Shown: positions 19,060 through 27,212 of the stretch, in pieces | How the letters are laid out: the number at the start of each line of letters is the position of its first letter | How positions within the stretch are numbered: position 1 is the stretch's first letter | NCBI RefSeq assembly: GCF_018336915.1 | Contig: NZ_CP064923.1 | Coordinates: 930,001-962,000 of the forward strand | Origin: Acaryochloris marina S15 | Lineage (GTDB): Bacteria; Cyanobacteriota; Cyanobacteriia; Thermosynechococcales; Thermosynechococcaceae | DNA length: 32,000 nucleotides | Direction: 5' to 3' | Position numbers and translations under genes: made by a program | The notes under the pieces: model-generated | The model's database searches: none | What the model was told of the DNA's origin: nothing | The model's input: only the letters and a program-made list of their open reading frames with translations

Positions 19060-19620
19060 TTATGACTTATTATTGGCCCATTCATCCCAGTAGTCTTTGC
19101 AAAGGGCACCAAGCTCTTCTATTGAATACCCCTTTCCCGCCTCATCAGTAACTTCAACAGAAGTAGCGGAGAAGTGAAGCTCGCCACCACAGTAGTCAAA
19201 TTCTGGTAAATGCTGGTCACAAGCAACCTTTATTTGGTCTTCTTCATAATTTCCTTCCAGAATCCCAAGCTCTGATTTAAAAATAGTTTTTGCATCTCTC
19301 AATACTTTAGGTTCAGACTTCCAGTCACTTGGCCAAGTGGAAAAATGTAAATTCCTCACGTTGTCTAAGCGAAGCATAAACTTCCGAAAAGGAGGGTTGA
19401 TTCTCTCAGCCAGATACTGGATTTCAACCTCAATTAGCAATGAACTATTTTTCTGATGACCATTAACAATGTCGCCATCATGAAAAATGGAAAAGACATT
19501 ACTAATATTTTCAGAGCCTTCAATCTTGATAGACATAGGATTGCGACAAGTGAGTGTCCGTTGGGGATACGCCCGGATTTGAGACAACGGTGTATTTGTT
19601 TTCCGCGATTGCAGGCACAT
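19060..19620 (-). CDS. Hypothetical small cytoplasmic protein B (186 aa, or 158 aa from ATG 19536); no family recognised
   Basis: Long ORF with no TM segment or signal peptide. ATG 19620 sits 3 nt after the stop of the upstream ORF (TAG CCG ATG). The alternative start MSIKIEG is at 19536. Trp/acidic-rich C-terminus (CKDYWDEWANN). Confidence 0.6.
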   Translation of the reverse strand: MCLQSRKTNTPLSQIRAYPQRTLTCRNPMSIKIEGSENISNVFSIFHDGDIVNGHQKNSSLLIEVEIQYLAERINPPFRKFMLRLDNVRNLHFSTWPSDWKSEPKVLRDAKTIFKSELGILEGNYEEDQIKVACDQHLPEFDYCGGELHFSATSVEVTDEAGKGYSIEELGALCKDYWDEWANNKS

Positions 19621-19623
19621 CGG

Positions 19624-20064
19624 CTACAAGTCGGGGCTGTCAGGCCAGCCTTTGGATGCAGCCATTGCAATCTTGATCCGAGCCAAAGCCTCTGGAACAC
19701 CGATTGCCATAAAGGTAACGTGTGATCCTGACACTGGGAGTTCGCCTTCTGGAGGATGGTATGACATTCTGAAACATCCATCGTAATAGTGTTCGATTAT
19801 TACATGATGGTCGCCAGCTTCATATTCCGATACCGACATTAGGCACAGCGAATCGTGTGAAGTTAGGACCCAAACATCGGTGTTCGGTAATTCAGCATCG
19901 AGTTTTGGAATCAGATCACGCATCGCAGCGTACCATTTGCGAATCTGTTCGCTGTCTGATTCGTTGTCACAATAATGGTCAAGAATGTTCCCACCTTGCG
20001 ATTCTGAACGGACTAGCGGCATGAACGACAATTCCTGCACGGGATAACTATGGTTATACGTCAC
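19624..20064 (-). CDS. Hypothetical small cytoplasmic protein A (146 aa from GTG 20064, or 132 aa from ATG 20022); no family recognised
   Basis: ORF with no TM segment or signal peptide, acidic. GTG 20064 lies at the centre of a 24-bp palindrome, with GAGGAGG 14 nt upstream. ATG 20022 is an alternative start. Confidence 0.6.
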   Translation of the reverse strand: MTYNHSYPVQELSFMPLVRSESQGGNILDHYCDNESDSEQIRKWYAAMRDLIPKLDAELPNTDVWVLTSHDSLCLMSVSEYEAGDHHVIIEHYYDGCFRMSYHPPEGELPVSGSHVTFMAIGVPEALARIKIAMAASKGWPDSPDL

Positions 20065-20076
20065 GTGACGTATAAC
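20053..20076. promoter_or_regulatory. Perfect 24-bp palindrome GTTATACGTCAC|GTGACGTATAAC (candidate operator or 5' RNA hairpin)
   Basis: Read directly: 12+12 nt with no mismatch and a CACGTG core. It sits at the 5' end of small gene A, immediately downstream of GAGGAGG on the minus strand. Confidence 0.6.
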
Positions 20077-20234
20077 ATCCTCCTCTAAAGGATTAAATTA
20101 ATACGCCTCATCTGGGTAGATATGCGACACATTGGCAGTTAATAATTCTCGTCATTCATAATATTGAAGTCACCACCCCATGAATAATAGTGTCATCGGC
20201 AATCGTTTGAACTTTTATCTTCACTCGCCCTCTC

Positions 20235-21224
20235 TTACCGCGAATGCTTCAAGAAAAAGTCAATAATCATGGCACCAGCATTGATATCCTTCGACACTCT
20301 GCCAATCAATTTAGGTTTCAGGTATTGCGCACCACCAGGCCAAGTGTGACCCCCACCAATCACTTTTACAAGCGTTACCTCTGTCTGATCAGCACAACCC
20401 GTATATTGCTCCATCTCAACCCTAGTACTATCGTTGGGATTCTTATCTGGGAGTGATATTTTCTTCGGCGTAGCTTGACAGTTATTTTGAAGACGAAAAT
20501 GCTCAATGGTATCGGCAGTCGAGAGGATTTCGCCACGACTGCGGCCAAACCTAAACAGACGAACATGCCCACCCTGATATGGCACAATCGGATCCTCCGT
20601 TCCGTTGACGATCATGACTGAAATCGGTTGCTTAGGAGTCTTATCCTGAAGAGCGAGGGGAAGTTGGGCTGTTACAGGTGCGATCGCAGCTATCTTGTCC
20701 GACAGATCTAACGCCAAGCGAACTGACATAAACCCACCATTAGAAATGCCGGTAACGTAAACCCTTTGGGAGTCAACGCCATAGTCATCTATCATCCGGT
20801 CAATGACTTTGGAAATAAAGCCAACATCATCGTAGGATTTATTTCGCTTCAGATGCTGAGTACGCCCATCACTCCATTGGCGATTCATGCCATCTGGGAA
20901 AACCAAAATGACGCCTCGCTGATTAGCAATGGTCTTCAACTGGCCTTGAGACAGCGCTTGATCAAACTGGCGTCCCGTTCCACCGCCCCCATGAAGAGCC
21001 AGTACCAAGGGCAGTGACTTCTGTTGTTTAAATTCCTCAGGTAAATAAATATGATAGGTGCGCGGGATACCTTCATGCCTAACCCGTTCCGTCAGGCTTC
21101 TGGCTGAACTGATCGTTGGGTTTGGGGGAGTTACGGAACTGGCATGGCATCCGACACACAATAGAATGGATGACGACACCATACAAACGCCAAACCCAAC
21201 TGCAGCCCAATCCAATCTCCTCAT
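20235..21224 (-). CDS. Secreted alpha/beta-hydrolase, PHB-depolymerase/LpqC-family esterase
   Basis: 329 aa. N-terminal signal sequence ending LLCVGC (possible lipoprotein), HGGGG oxyanion-type motif (LVLALHGGGGTG), nucleophile elbow GISNGG, and C-terminal GGGHTWPGG. Confidence 0.75.
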   Translation of the reverse strand: MRRLDWAAVGFGVCMVSSSILLCVGCHASSVTPPNPTISSARSLTERVRHEGIPRTYHIYLPEEFKQQKSLPLVLALHGGGGTGRQFDQALSQGQLKTIANQRGVILVFPDGMNRQWSDGRTQHLKRNKSYDDVGFISKVIDRMIDDYGVDSQRVYVTGISNGGFMSVRLALDLSDKIAAIAPVTAQLPLALQDKTPKQPISVMIVNGTEDPIVPYQGGHVRLFRFGRSRGEILSTADTIEHFRLQNNCQATPKKISLPDKNPNDSTRVEMEQYTGCADQTEVTLVKVIGGGHTWPGGAQYLKPKLIGRVSKDINAGAMIIDFFLKHSR

Positions 21225-21689
21225 ATCAACAACTCCTCTGCATCTTTTGCAATCGGGTGACTGAAGTCTCTCACCCCAATGAACTTCACCTAGGCTTAGA
21301 CTTTCTTAGAATGAGTATGGTTCAATTTAGACCGGACCGTTTGAATCGCAAGCGGACCTAAGGGACTCCCCACTCATTCGTGCTCACACCAGCCATAATT
21401 TCATAACGGGAGAAGATTTCGGGGCAACTGAGTCATGGGCTAGTACAAGCGAGTCTTACCTATGGTTGTAATAGCTGTGATGAATGTAGTGACAGACATA
21501 AATCATAGAATACTGACCAGCCAAACCAGCACATAATACTAGAATTCATCATGGAGAAGGTGATCAAGATCAGCTCTGATAAAAGGTCCTAGCCAGTATG
21601 CTAAAAATTAACCAATAAACTCACCCAACTACAAACTTTGAGTCATAGATCAAACCCCAATCTCCTATTAGGAGGTCCAAAAAGTATTC

Positions 21690-22637
21690 ATGAGCGACCA
21701 TTCAATTGATCGAGGGTATAGATTCAGGACTACATTATCAGTAGGGATTTTGATGCTGCTAATGAGTTTAGTCTCGCCCCTATATCATTCACAGGTCTTG
21801 GCTAAAATTATATCCAAACCTCAGAAAATATTACTGGCTCAGAGCGAACTAAATACTCTCCCAGTAGAAGCTCGATATCAGGAAGCACGGCGTCGAATTC
21901 AATTTGCGAAGCAGACAGAGGCCCTAGAACTTGATCTCTCAGGGTTATCTTTAACCCAACTCCCTCCAGAAATTGGGCAGCTCTCAAATTTGCACAAACT
22001 GTATCTTGGATTCAACCAATTGGCCAGTCTACCACCCGAGATTGGCCAACTAAAACGTTTACAGCTTCTCCAGCTTACCCGCAATCAGTTAAAGAGTTTG
22101 CCCCCGGAAATTGGCCAGCTCACCAAGCTTGAAGAACTTCAGCTTCCTTATAATCAGTTGGTCAGTCTGCCTCCAGAAATCGGACAGCTGTCTCAGCTAA
22201 GAAGCCTGGATTTAACATTTGGTGGGCTGAAAAGTCTGCCTCCAGAAATTAGCCAACTCTCAAATTTAGAAGGGCTTTATCTCCGCAATAATCGCTTACA
22301 CAGCCTGCCGCCAGAAATTGGTAAACTCTCCAATCTCAAAGAACTCTATATTCCCTTCAACTATTTGACCAATTTGCCATCAGAAATTGGTAGGCTGACC
22401 AGCTTACAAACCCTTGATCTATCCTATAACCAGCTGAATAAAGTCCCCCCAGAGATGGACCAGTTGTTCAAGATAAAAACCCTATATCTCAGCCATAATC
22501 AACTAAAAGATCTGCCTATCAGGCTAAATAAGCTAACAAATCTAACGGATTTAGGATTGTCGGGCAATCCTTTTCCACCTACAGTATTTAAGCAATATGA
22601 GTCTCAAACGACTAAGGCCAGACAGTTAGGATTTTAA
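21690..22637 (+). CDS. Leucine-rich repeat (LRR) protein with an N-terminal signal or anchor and no other domain
   Basis: 315 aa, AGGAGG upstream. Hydrophobic N-terminus (LSVGILMLLMSLVSPL), then 9 full and 1 partial 23-residue repeats of the form L..L.L..NQL.SLPPEIGQL.NL. Confidence 0.88.
   Translation: MSDHSIDRGYRFRTTLSVGILMLLMSLVSPLYHSQVLAKIISKPQKILLAQSELNTLPVEARYQEARRRIQFAKQTEALELDLSGLSLTQLPPEIGQLSNLHKLYLGFNQLASLPPEIGQLKRLQLLQLTRNQLKSLPPEIGQLTKLEELQLPYNQLVSLPPEIGQLSQLRSLDLTFGGLKSLPPEISQLSNLEGLYLRNNRLHSLPPEIGKLSNLKELYIPFNYLTNLPSEIGRLTSLQTLDLSYNQLNKVPPEMDQLFKIKTLYLSHNQLKDLPIRLNKLTNLTDLGLSGNPFPPTVFKQYESQTTKARQLGF
21924..22575 (+). repeat. In-frame tandem 69-bp repeats encoding the LRR units
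   Basis: Recurrent ctgcc(t/a)ccagaaattgg(c/a)cagct cores at a 69-bp period inside the LRR CDS. The copies are degenerate at third codon positions. Confidence 0.85.
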
Positions 22638-22695
22638 GCTGATCAAGGTACTCCTCTCACCATTAGCCCTGAATAGTGGCTCAGAAGGATAACCA

Positions 22696-24483
22696 CTACT
22701 TTTTAGGCTCAGCCGTGGATTTGATCTGCAATTCTTTAAGCTGCCTCTGATCCACACCTGACGGTGCTTGAGTCAATAGGCATCGAGCCTGTTGGGTTTT
22801 AGGGAAAGCAATCGTGTCACGAATTGACTCTTCACCACTGAGCAGCATCGCCAAGCGATCAATACCATAGGCAATCCCGCCATGAGGCGGGGCACCAAAG
22901 TTAAAGGCATTGAGCAAGAATCCAAATTTATCCTGAGCTTCTTCCTCTGATAAGCCAATGGCGTCAAACACACGCCGTTGCAAATCTGCTTGATAAATCC
23001 TCAGACTCCCCCCGCCAATTTCCAAACCGTTGTAAACCAAGTCATAGGCCTGGGCGCGAGCCGTTTTGAGATCGGCTTCATCTTCAGGATAAGGAGCCGT
23101 AAAAGGGTGGTGGAGAGCTTCCAGACGTTTTTCACCAGCGTTCCATTCAAACATGGGGAACTCAGTAATCCACAATAAATCGATTTGGTCCGGATCAATC
23201 AACTTCATTTCCGCTCCCAACGCCAGGCGTACCCGAGATAGAGAAGCATTGACGATCTCCGTTGGACCGGCGCCAAATAAAAGTAAGTGGCCCGCTTTGG
23301 CCCCCGTGCGCTCTAATAATTCTGCCGTTTGCTCTGGCGATAGATTATCTTTAATCGCCCCAATTGTTTCAATGGCCCCATCTTCTTTGACCCGGATATA
23401 GGCCAAACCTTTGGCACCCCCCGCACAGGCCTCCGAGAATAAGTCACCACCGGGTTTGATGCGAACGTTGGAAATATTGGCATTACCATCGGGGATAGGC
23501 AGGACTTTGACTTGTCCACCCTTTTTAATCGCCCCTGAAAACACCTTAAATCCTGAGTCTTTGAGCAAGTCAGAGACATTGACCAATTCCAGGTCAAATC
23601 GAGTATCTGGACGATCCGTGCCGTACCGTTCCATTGCCTCGGCATAGGTCATTTGTGGGAAGGTCTTGGGCAAGTCAACATCCTTGATCGCTTTGAAGAC
23701 ATGCCGCATTAAGTCTTCGTTGAGCTGGATAATTTCCGCTTGAGACATAAAGCTCATTTCCATATCCAGCTGGGTAAATTCCGGCTGCCGATCGGCTCGT
23801 AAGTCTTCATCCCGGAAACAGCGGGCGATTTGGTAATAGCGGTCGAATCCAGACACCATCAGCAGTTGCTTAAAAATCTGGGGCGACTGAGGCAGGGCAA
23901 ACCATTCTCCTGGATTGGCCCGACTGGGCACCAAATAGTCGCGTGCACCTTCAGGAGTGGAGCGAGTTAAGACGGGAGTTTCAATATCAACAAAGCCTTG
24001 CTGATCTTCTAAGTAGCGACGAATGGATTGAATTAAGCGATGCCGCATCATGATGTTTTGATGCATGCGATCGCGTCGCAAATCCAAATACCGATACTTG
24101 AGTCGCAGCTCCTCTTTTACAGATTCCACATCGGCAGTCGAGACCTGAAACGGCAACTGTTGATGCACCGCATTCAGCAGCTCAATTTGATCAGCATAGA
24201 TCTCAACGTCTCCCGTGGGAAGGCGAGGATTGAGGGAATCATCCGGACGACGACTCACCTCACCGTGAATCCGAACCACATACTCATTTCGGAGGGCATC
24301 GGCTTGGGGATAGGCTGCAGGGGTTCGTTCTGGGTCACTGACAATTTGGATCAGACCGGTGCGATCACGCACATCCAAAAAAATCACGCCCCCATGATCG
24401 CGACGGCGGTCTACCCAACCACAGAGGGTAACCCGTTCACCCACATGATCATTTCGTAATTCACTGCAATAGTGGGTTCGCAT
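22696..24483 (-). CDS. aspS: Aspartate--tRNA ligase (probably non-discriminating Asp/Asn type)
   Basis: Class IIb aaRS motifs ([34 protein letters not shown]) and an OB-fold N-terminus ([10 protein letters not shown]...V.L.GWV.RRRDHGG.IF.D.RD). ATG 24483 is preferred to the longer ORF-track start at 24546. Confidence 0.92.
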   Translation of the reverse strand: MRTHYCSELRNDHVGERVTLCGWVDRRRDHGGVIFLDVRDRTGLIQIVSDPERTPAAYPQADALRNEYVVRIHGEVSRRPDDSLNPRLPTGDVEIYADQIELLNAVHQQLPFQVSTADVESVKEELRLKYRYLDLRRDRMHQNIMMRHRLIQSIRRYLEDQQGFVDIETPVLTRSTPEGARDYLVPSRANPGEWFALPQSPQIFKQLLMVSGFDRYYQIARCFRDEDLRADRQPEFTQLDMEMSFMSQAEIIQLNEDLMRHVFKAIKDVDLPKTFPQMTYAEAMERYGTDRPDTRFDLELVNVSDLLKDSGFKVFSGAIKKGGQVKVLPIPDGNANISNVRIKPGGDLFSEACAGGAKGLAYIRVKEDGAIETIGAIKDNLSPEQTAELLERTGAKAGHLLLFGAGPTEIVNASLSRVRLALGAEMKLIDPDQIDLLWITEFPMFEWNAGEKRLEALHHPFTAPYPEDEADLKTARAQAYDLVYNGLEIGGGSLRIYQADLQRRVFDAIGLSEEEAQDKFGFLLNAFNFGAPPHGGIAYGIDRLAMLLSGEESIRDTIAFPKTQQARCLLTQAPSGVDQRQLKELQIKSTAEPKK

Positions 24484-24745
24484 ACCTGATTGATCCAGCT
24501 CCCTCTTAAAACAACAAGATTCCCCAACTGAGGGGGAAATTATCATTGCACGTTGGCAAACTCACATATTATCGCAGCTATTAACCTTGGATGTAGATCT
24601 AGGATGCAATCAATATCCACATCCATCAAGAGAGCCAGTGATGCTTAGATAAGCGGGATGCTCATAGTCCCAACCGGATTCATTTCAAGCGCTAGGCCAA
24701 TCCAGATTGAAACCATTGAAAGTGGTAGAAGGAGACTATTCCCTA

Positions 24746-24943
24746 TTAATCGCTATCTGGACTCTCTTCAGATGGAATCGGAGCCCGTTCCACTAATCCC
24801 ATTGTGAAGGCTTCATCTGGCAGCTCACTGACCTTGTAGCGTCCCGGTTGAAACATCCGACTTGGCGTTAGACAAAGCTGTTTCAGAATCACAATCTCAT
24901 TTTGCAAAAATGCATCACGAGACAACCGACGTTCTAAGGGCAT
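24746..24943 (-). CDS. Hypothetical small protein (65 aa)
   Basis: ORF only: ATG start, acidic tail, same strand as its neighbours. No family recognised and no clear SD. Confidence 0.35.
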   Translation of the reverse strand: MPLERRLSRDAFLQNEIVILKQLCLTPSRMFQPGRYKVSELPDEAFTMGLVERAPIPSEESPDSD

Positions 24944-24998
24944 TACTGATTCTCCACATGGGGTTCATGCCCCTATTCTGGCATGCCCCAACCAGGGT

Positions 24999-25655
24999 TC
25001 AGTACAGATCTTGATCAGAAACTAGACCTTGGCTAGCCTTGCGGACATGCTGAAACCTCAGCACCAGGCCCAAGGTAATTTGCTTCATAATCCAATAGAA
25101 CAGAATCAGCACCAACACAGTAATCAAAACAACGACAAAAGGGAACTTTGACGTTAGTTCATTCATACTGACCAGCAGGACATTTTTGGGATTGGTGATC
25201 AGATCCCAGCTATTAAAGCGGATAAACCGCCCCAGATAAATACCAATCGCACAGAGAATATGCACCAGGATCTCCGCCCACGTCGCAAACTGGCCTGCTC
25301 CCTGTTTTTGGAGGTAATGTCCCTGATTAATCAAAGAGATCACATAAGCTTCAAACCCCGCCAAAATTGCAAACGTATGGAGCGGAATAAAAAATAAGGT
25401 GACAATCCAGATGGAATCTGTGCTTCGAGCCGCACCCACTAAGTGAATAATGTCTGTCAGGAGATAGGGCGCATTCGGTAAAAAGGCAATAAATGAGACT
25501 AACGCAATCCACCAAACCAGGGTTCGCGATTGATGGGGCCACCGAAACAGCCAAAAGCTCAACGTCATGGGAATAAAGGCCAGAAAGAGATTCCAGACAA
25601 TCCAACCGCTATATCCGTTAAATTCTCCTAAATATTCGCCTAGAATGCGTTCCAT
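24999..25655 (-). CDS. Multi-pass integral membrane protein (DUF1361-like)
   Basis: About 6 TM segments. The N-terminal motif WNLFLAFIP resembles my recollection of DUF1361. ATG 25655 (MERILGEY) is preferred to TTG 25703. Confidence 0.65.
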   Translation of the reverse strand: MERILGEYLGEFNGYSGWIVWNLFLAFIPMTLSFWLFRWPHQSRTLVWWIALVSFIAFLPNAPYLLTDIIHLVGAARSTDSIWIVTLFFIPLHTFAILAGFEAYVISLINQGHYLQKQGAGQFATWAEILVHILCAIGIYLGRFIRFNSWDLITNPKNVLLVSMNELTSKFPFVVVLITVLVLILFYWIMKQITLGLVLRFQHVRKASQGLVSDQDLY

Positions 25656-25758
25656 AGTCCTATCGTGATTGTCCTGTCTACTGCTGACTGCAAGGTTGTG
25701 CAACCATCATCCCCTGCCTTACTAGAATGAGAAGGTGATCGTTATCACGAAGTTCCAT

Positions 25759-26400
25759 ATGTATGCTCTTGGCCTCGATACGACTAGCTCAGCCCTAACT
25801 TTAGGGATCTCCAACTTTGACCAAATCAACCGTTACCAAACCTGGGATTTAGGCCGAGATATCTCTATCTACCTTCATCAATATTTAGAGGCCTTTCTAG
25901 CGCCCCTCTCCTGGTCTGAGTTGGAATGGCTGGTGGTTGCTCAAGGCCCAGGTAGCTTTACCGGCACCCGCATTGGCGTGGTGACGGCCCGCACCTTAGC
26001 CCAACAATTACACATTCCGCTTTACGGGATTTCCACTCTCACGGCTCAAGCTTATGCCTATGCTTGTAGCTTATCAAAGGTAAATGAGGGGGAGCTGATA
26101 GCGGTGGAATATCCGGGCCAGCGTGGATCCGTCTATGGCAGCCTGTTTACTTGGAATGCATCCAATCAGACTTTATCAACCTATAAACCGCTCCAGTACA
26201 TCGATCTAGAAGGATGGCAACAACTCTTATCCACCGAAGAGATTCACCACCACCTTTCCCCTGACACTGTAGAGCCAAAGGGCATTTGCCAAGCCATGAT
26301 TGCCTTAGCCCATCAACAATGGCAGGCTGGGCAGCAACCCACCTGGCAAGACATTCTGCCCTACTATGGCTCCCTAGCCGCAAGTCCACCTTCATGCTAG
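25759..26400 (+). CDS. tsaB: tRNA N6-threonylcarbamoyladenosine (t6A) biosynthesis protein TsaB
   Basis: ALGLDTTS...L.LGI at the N-terminus and GPGSFTGTRIGVVTARTLAQ, typical of TsaB/YeaZ. ATG 25759 is preferred to the start at 25735. Confidence 0.82.
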   Translation: MYALGLDTTSSALTLGISNFDQINRYQTWDLGRDISIYLHQYLEAFLAPLSWSELEWLVVAQGPGSFTGTRIGVVTARTLAQQLHIPLYGISTLTAQAYAYACSLSKVNEGELIAVEYPGQRGSVYGSLFTWNASNQTLSTYKPLQYIDLEGWQQLLSTEEIHHHLSPDTVEPKGICQAMIALAHQQWQAGQQPTWQDILPYYGSLAASPPSC

Positions 26401-26418
26401 TTGAATCATGACAAAGCT

Positions 26419-26459
26419 CAATCCCCCCCTCCTCTCGGGTAGAGAAAAGGGGGGGATTG
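26419..26459. terminator. Bidirectional stem-loop between convergent tsaB and tatA
   Basis: CAATCCCCCCC (26419-26429) pairs perfectly with GGGGGGGATTG (26449-26459): an 11-bp GC-rich stem whose loop can pair further (ctct/agag). Confidence 0.6.
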
Positions 26460-26493
26460 GATTAAACACAGAAAGAATTATTGTTGCGCTGAT

Positions 26494-26658
26494 CTAGTCT
26501 TCGGTGGGATCTTCTTCTGAGTCGCCCTGTAATTCGTCTTTAAAACCCCTCAGGGACTTGCCTAAGGATGCTCCCAGTTCAGGCAACTTCTTGGGACCAA
26601 ACAGGATGACTGCCGCTAAAGCAATGAGTCCGACTTCTAACCAACCTAGACCAAACAT
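26494..26658 (-). CDS. tatA: Twin-arginine translocase subunit TatA/E (54 aa)
   Basis: Hand translation gives [54 protein letters not shown]. It has the TatA hallmark TM helix followed by [15 protein letters not shown], with GGAAGGA 8 nt upstream of the ATG. It is missing from the ORF track because it is under 60 aa. Confidence 0.9.
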   Translation of the reverse strand: MFGLGWLEVGLIALAAVILFGPKKLPELGASLGKSLRGFKDELQGDSEEDPTED

Positions 26659-26685
26659 GCGTAGATTCCTTCCAAGAAGTAAGTG

Positions 26686-27096
26686 TTAAGCAGCGGATTC
26701 ACGTTTGAGGGCAATCTTAGCTTGTTTAAACTCTTGCTCCAAACGATCCTTTAGTTTCTGAGGTAAAGGACGGTTGGGATAGGAGTTGTAGTGTCCAGCT
26801 AAACCGTTCAATGCCGTTGCCATCGTCATAAAGGACGCAGACCCTGCTAACTGGGGCTTACGACGATATCGAGACACATATTCACTGATGAGAGCGCCTG
26901 CGTCTGCTTGGTTGTCTGCTTTATTGGGATCATCATCAGGCAAGGTAATCGCACTACTGAGGTTATCAATCACGTAGATGGTGTCTTGCTGGTAGTCACC
27001 CGATAGGAGGGTCTCCGGAGAGAGAAGCGAGCAACCAGTTAAGAACATCGAGGCTACAAGCATTAAGCTGAGTAGACGGGAGACAAAGCGCTTCAT
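26686..27096 (-). CDS. psb27: Photosystem II assembly lipoprotein Psb27
   Basis: From ATG 27096 the protein is 136 aa. Lipobox FLTGC, then GDYQQDT...V...L..AI and YVSRYRR......SF.TM.TALN.LAGHY.SYPNRPLP.KLK.RL, as in Psb27. The ORF-track N-terminal extension is unlikely. Confidence 0.88.
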   Translation of the reverse strand: MKRFVSRLLSLMLVASMFLTGCSLLSPETLLSGDYQQDTIYVIDNLSSAITLPDDDPNKADNQADAGALISEYVSRYRRKPQLAGSASFMTMATALNGLAGHYNSYPNRPLPQKLKDRLEQEFKQAKIALKRESAA

Positions 27097-27212
27097 AATG
27101 ATTATGGAATCTCGTATAACAAAATAATGACGTGGGATCTTGATTGACTCCGGCCTGTCAAAAGTCCACAGTTTTAAAGGATAAAACATTACTGTTCTGA
27201 ATGCTCTGACAA

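Noticed and set aside
18785-19112. 71-aa (+) and 63-aa (-) ORFs in the AT-rich spacer after tRNA-Gly
   Set aside because: They overlap each other, one has a TTG start, their translations are low-complexity and rich in Phe/Ser/Asn/Lys as expected from AT-rich non-coding DNA, and one runs into gene B.
21924-22575. Regular DNA periodicity that could be mistaken for a CRISPR-like or satellite array
   Set aside because: The 69-bp repeats are contiguous, in frame and degenerate mainly at third codon positions, and they encode canonical LRR units. There is no repeat-spacer architecture.
18580-22695. Calling the tRNA-flanking patch a genomic island or mobile element
   Set aside because: There is no integrase or transposase, I could find no direct repeat of the tRNA-Gly 3' end (only a 9-nt partial match near 24510), and HIP1 occurs inside the patch. 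It is reported as a finding, not annotated as a mobile element.
24484-24546. Longer N-terminal extensions offered by the ORF track (aspS 24546, psb27 27189, glpD 11790, tsaB 25735, DUF1361-like 25703, paralogue 1 at 9588)
   Set aside because: In each case an internal ATG coincides with the conserved family N-terminus (for example [10 protein letters not shown] for AspRS and MKRF...LTGC for Psb27). The extensions look non-coding or begin with TTG.
26504-26689. 61-aa plus-strand ORF in the track
   Set aside because: It is antisense to a clear tatA gene, has a low-complexity Ser/Pro-rich translation, and has no start context. It is a shadow ORF.
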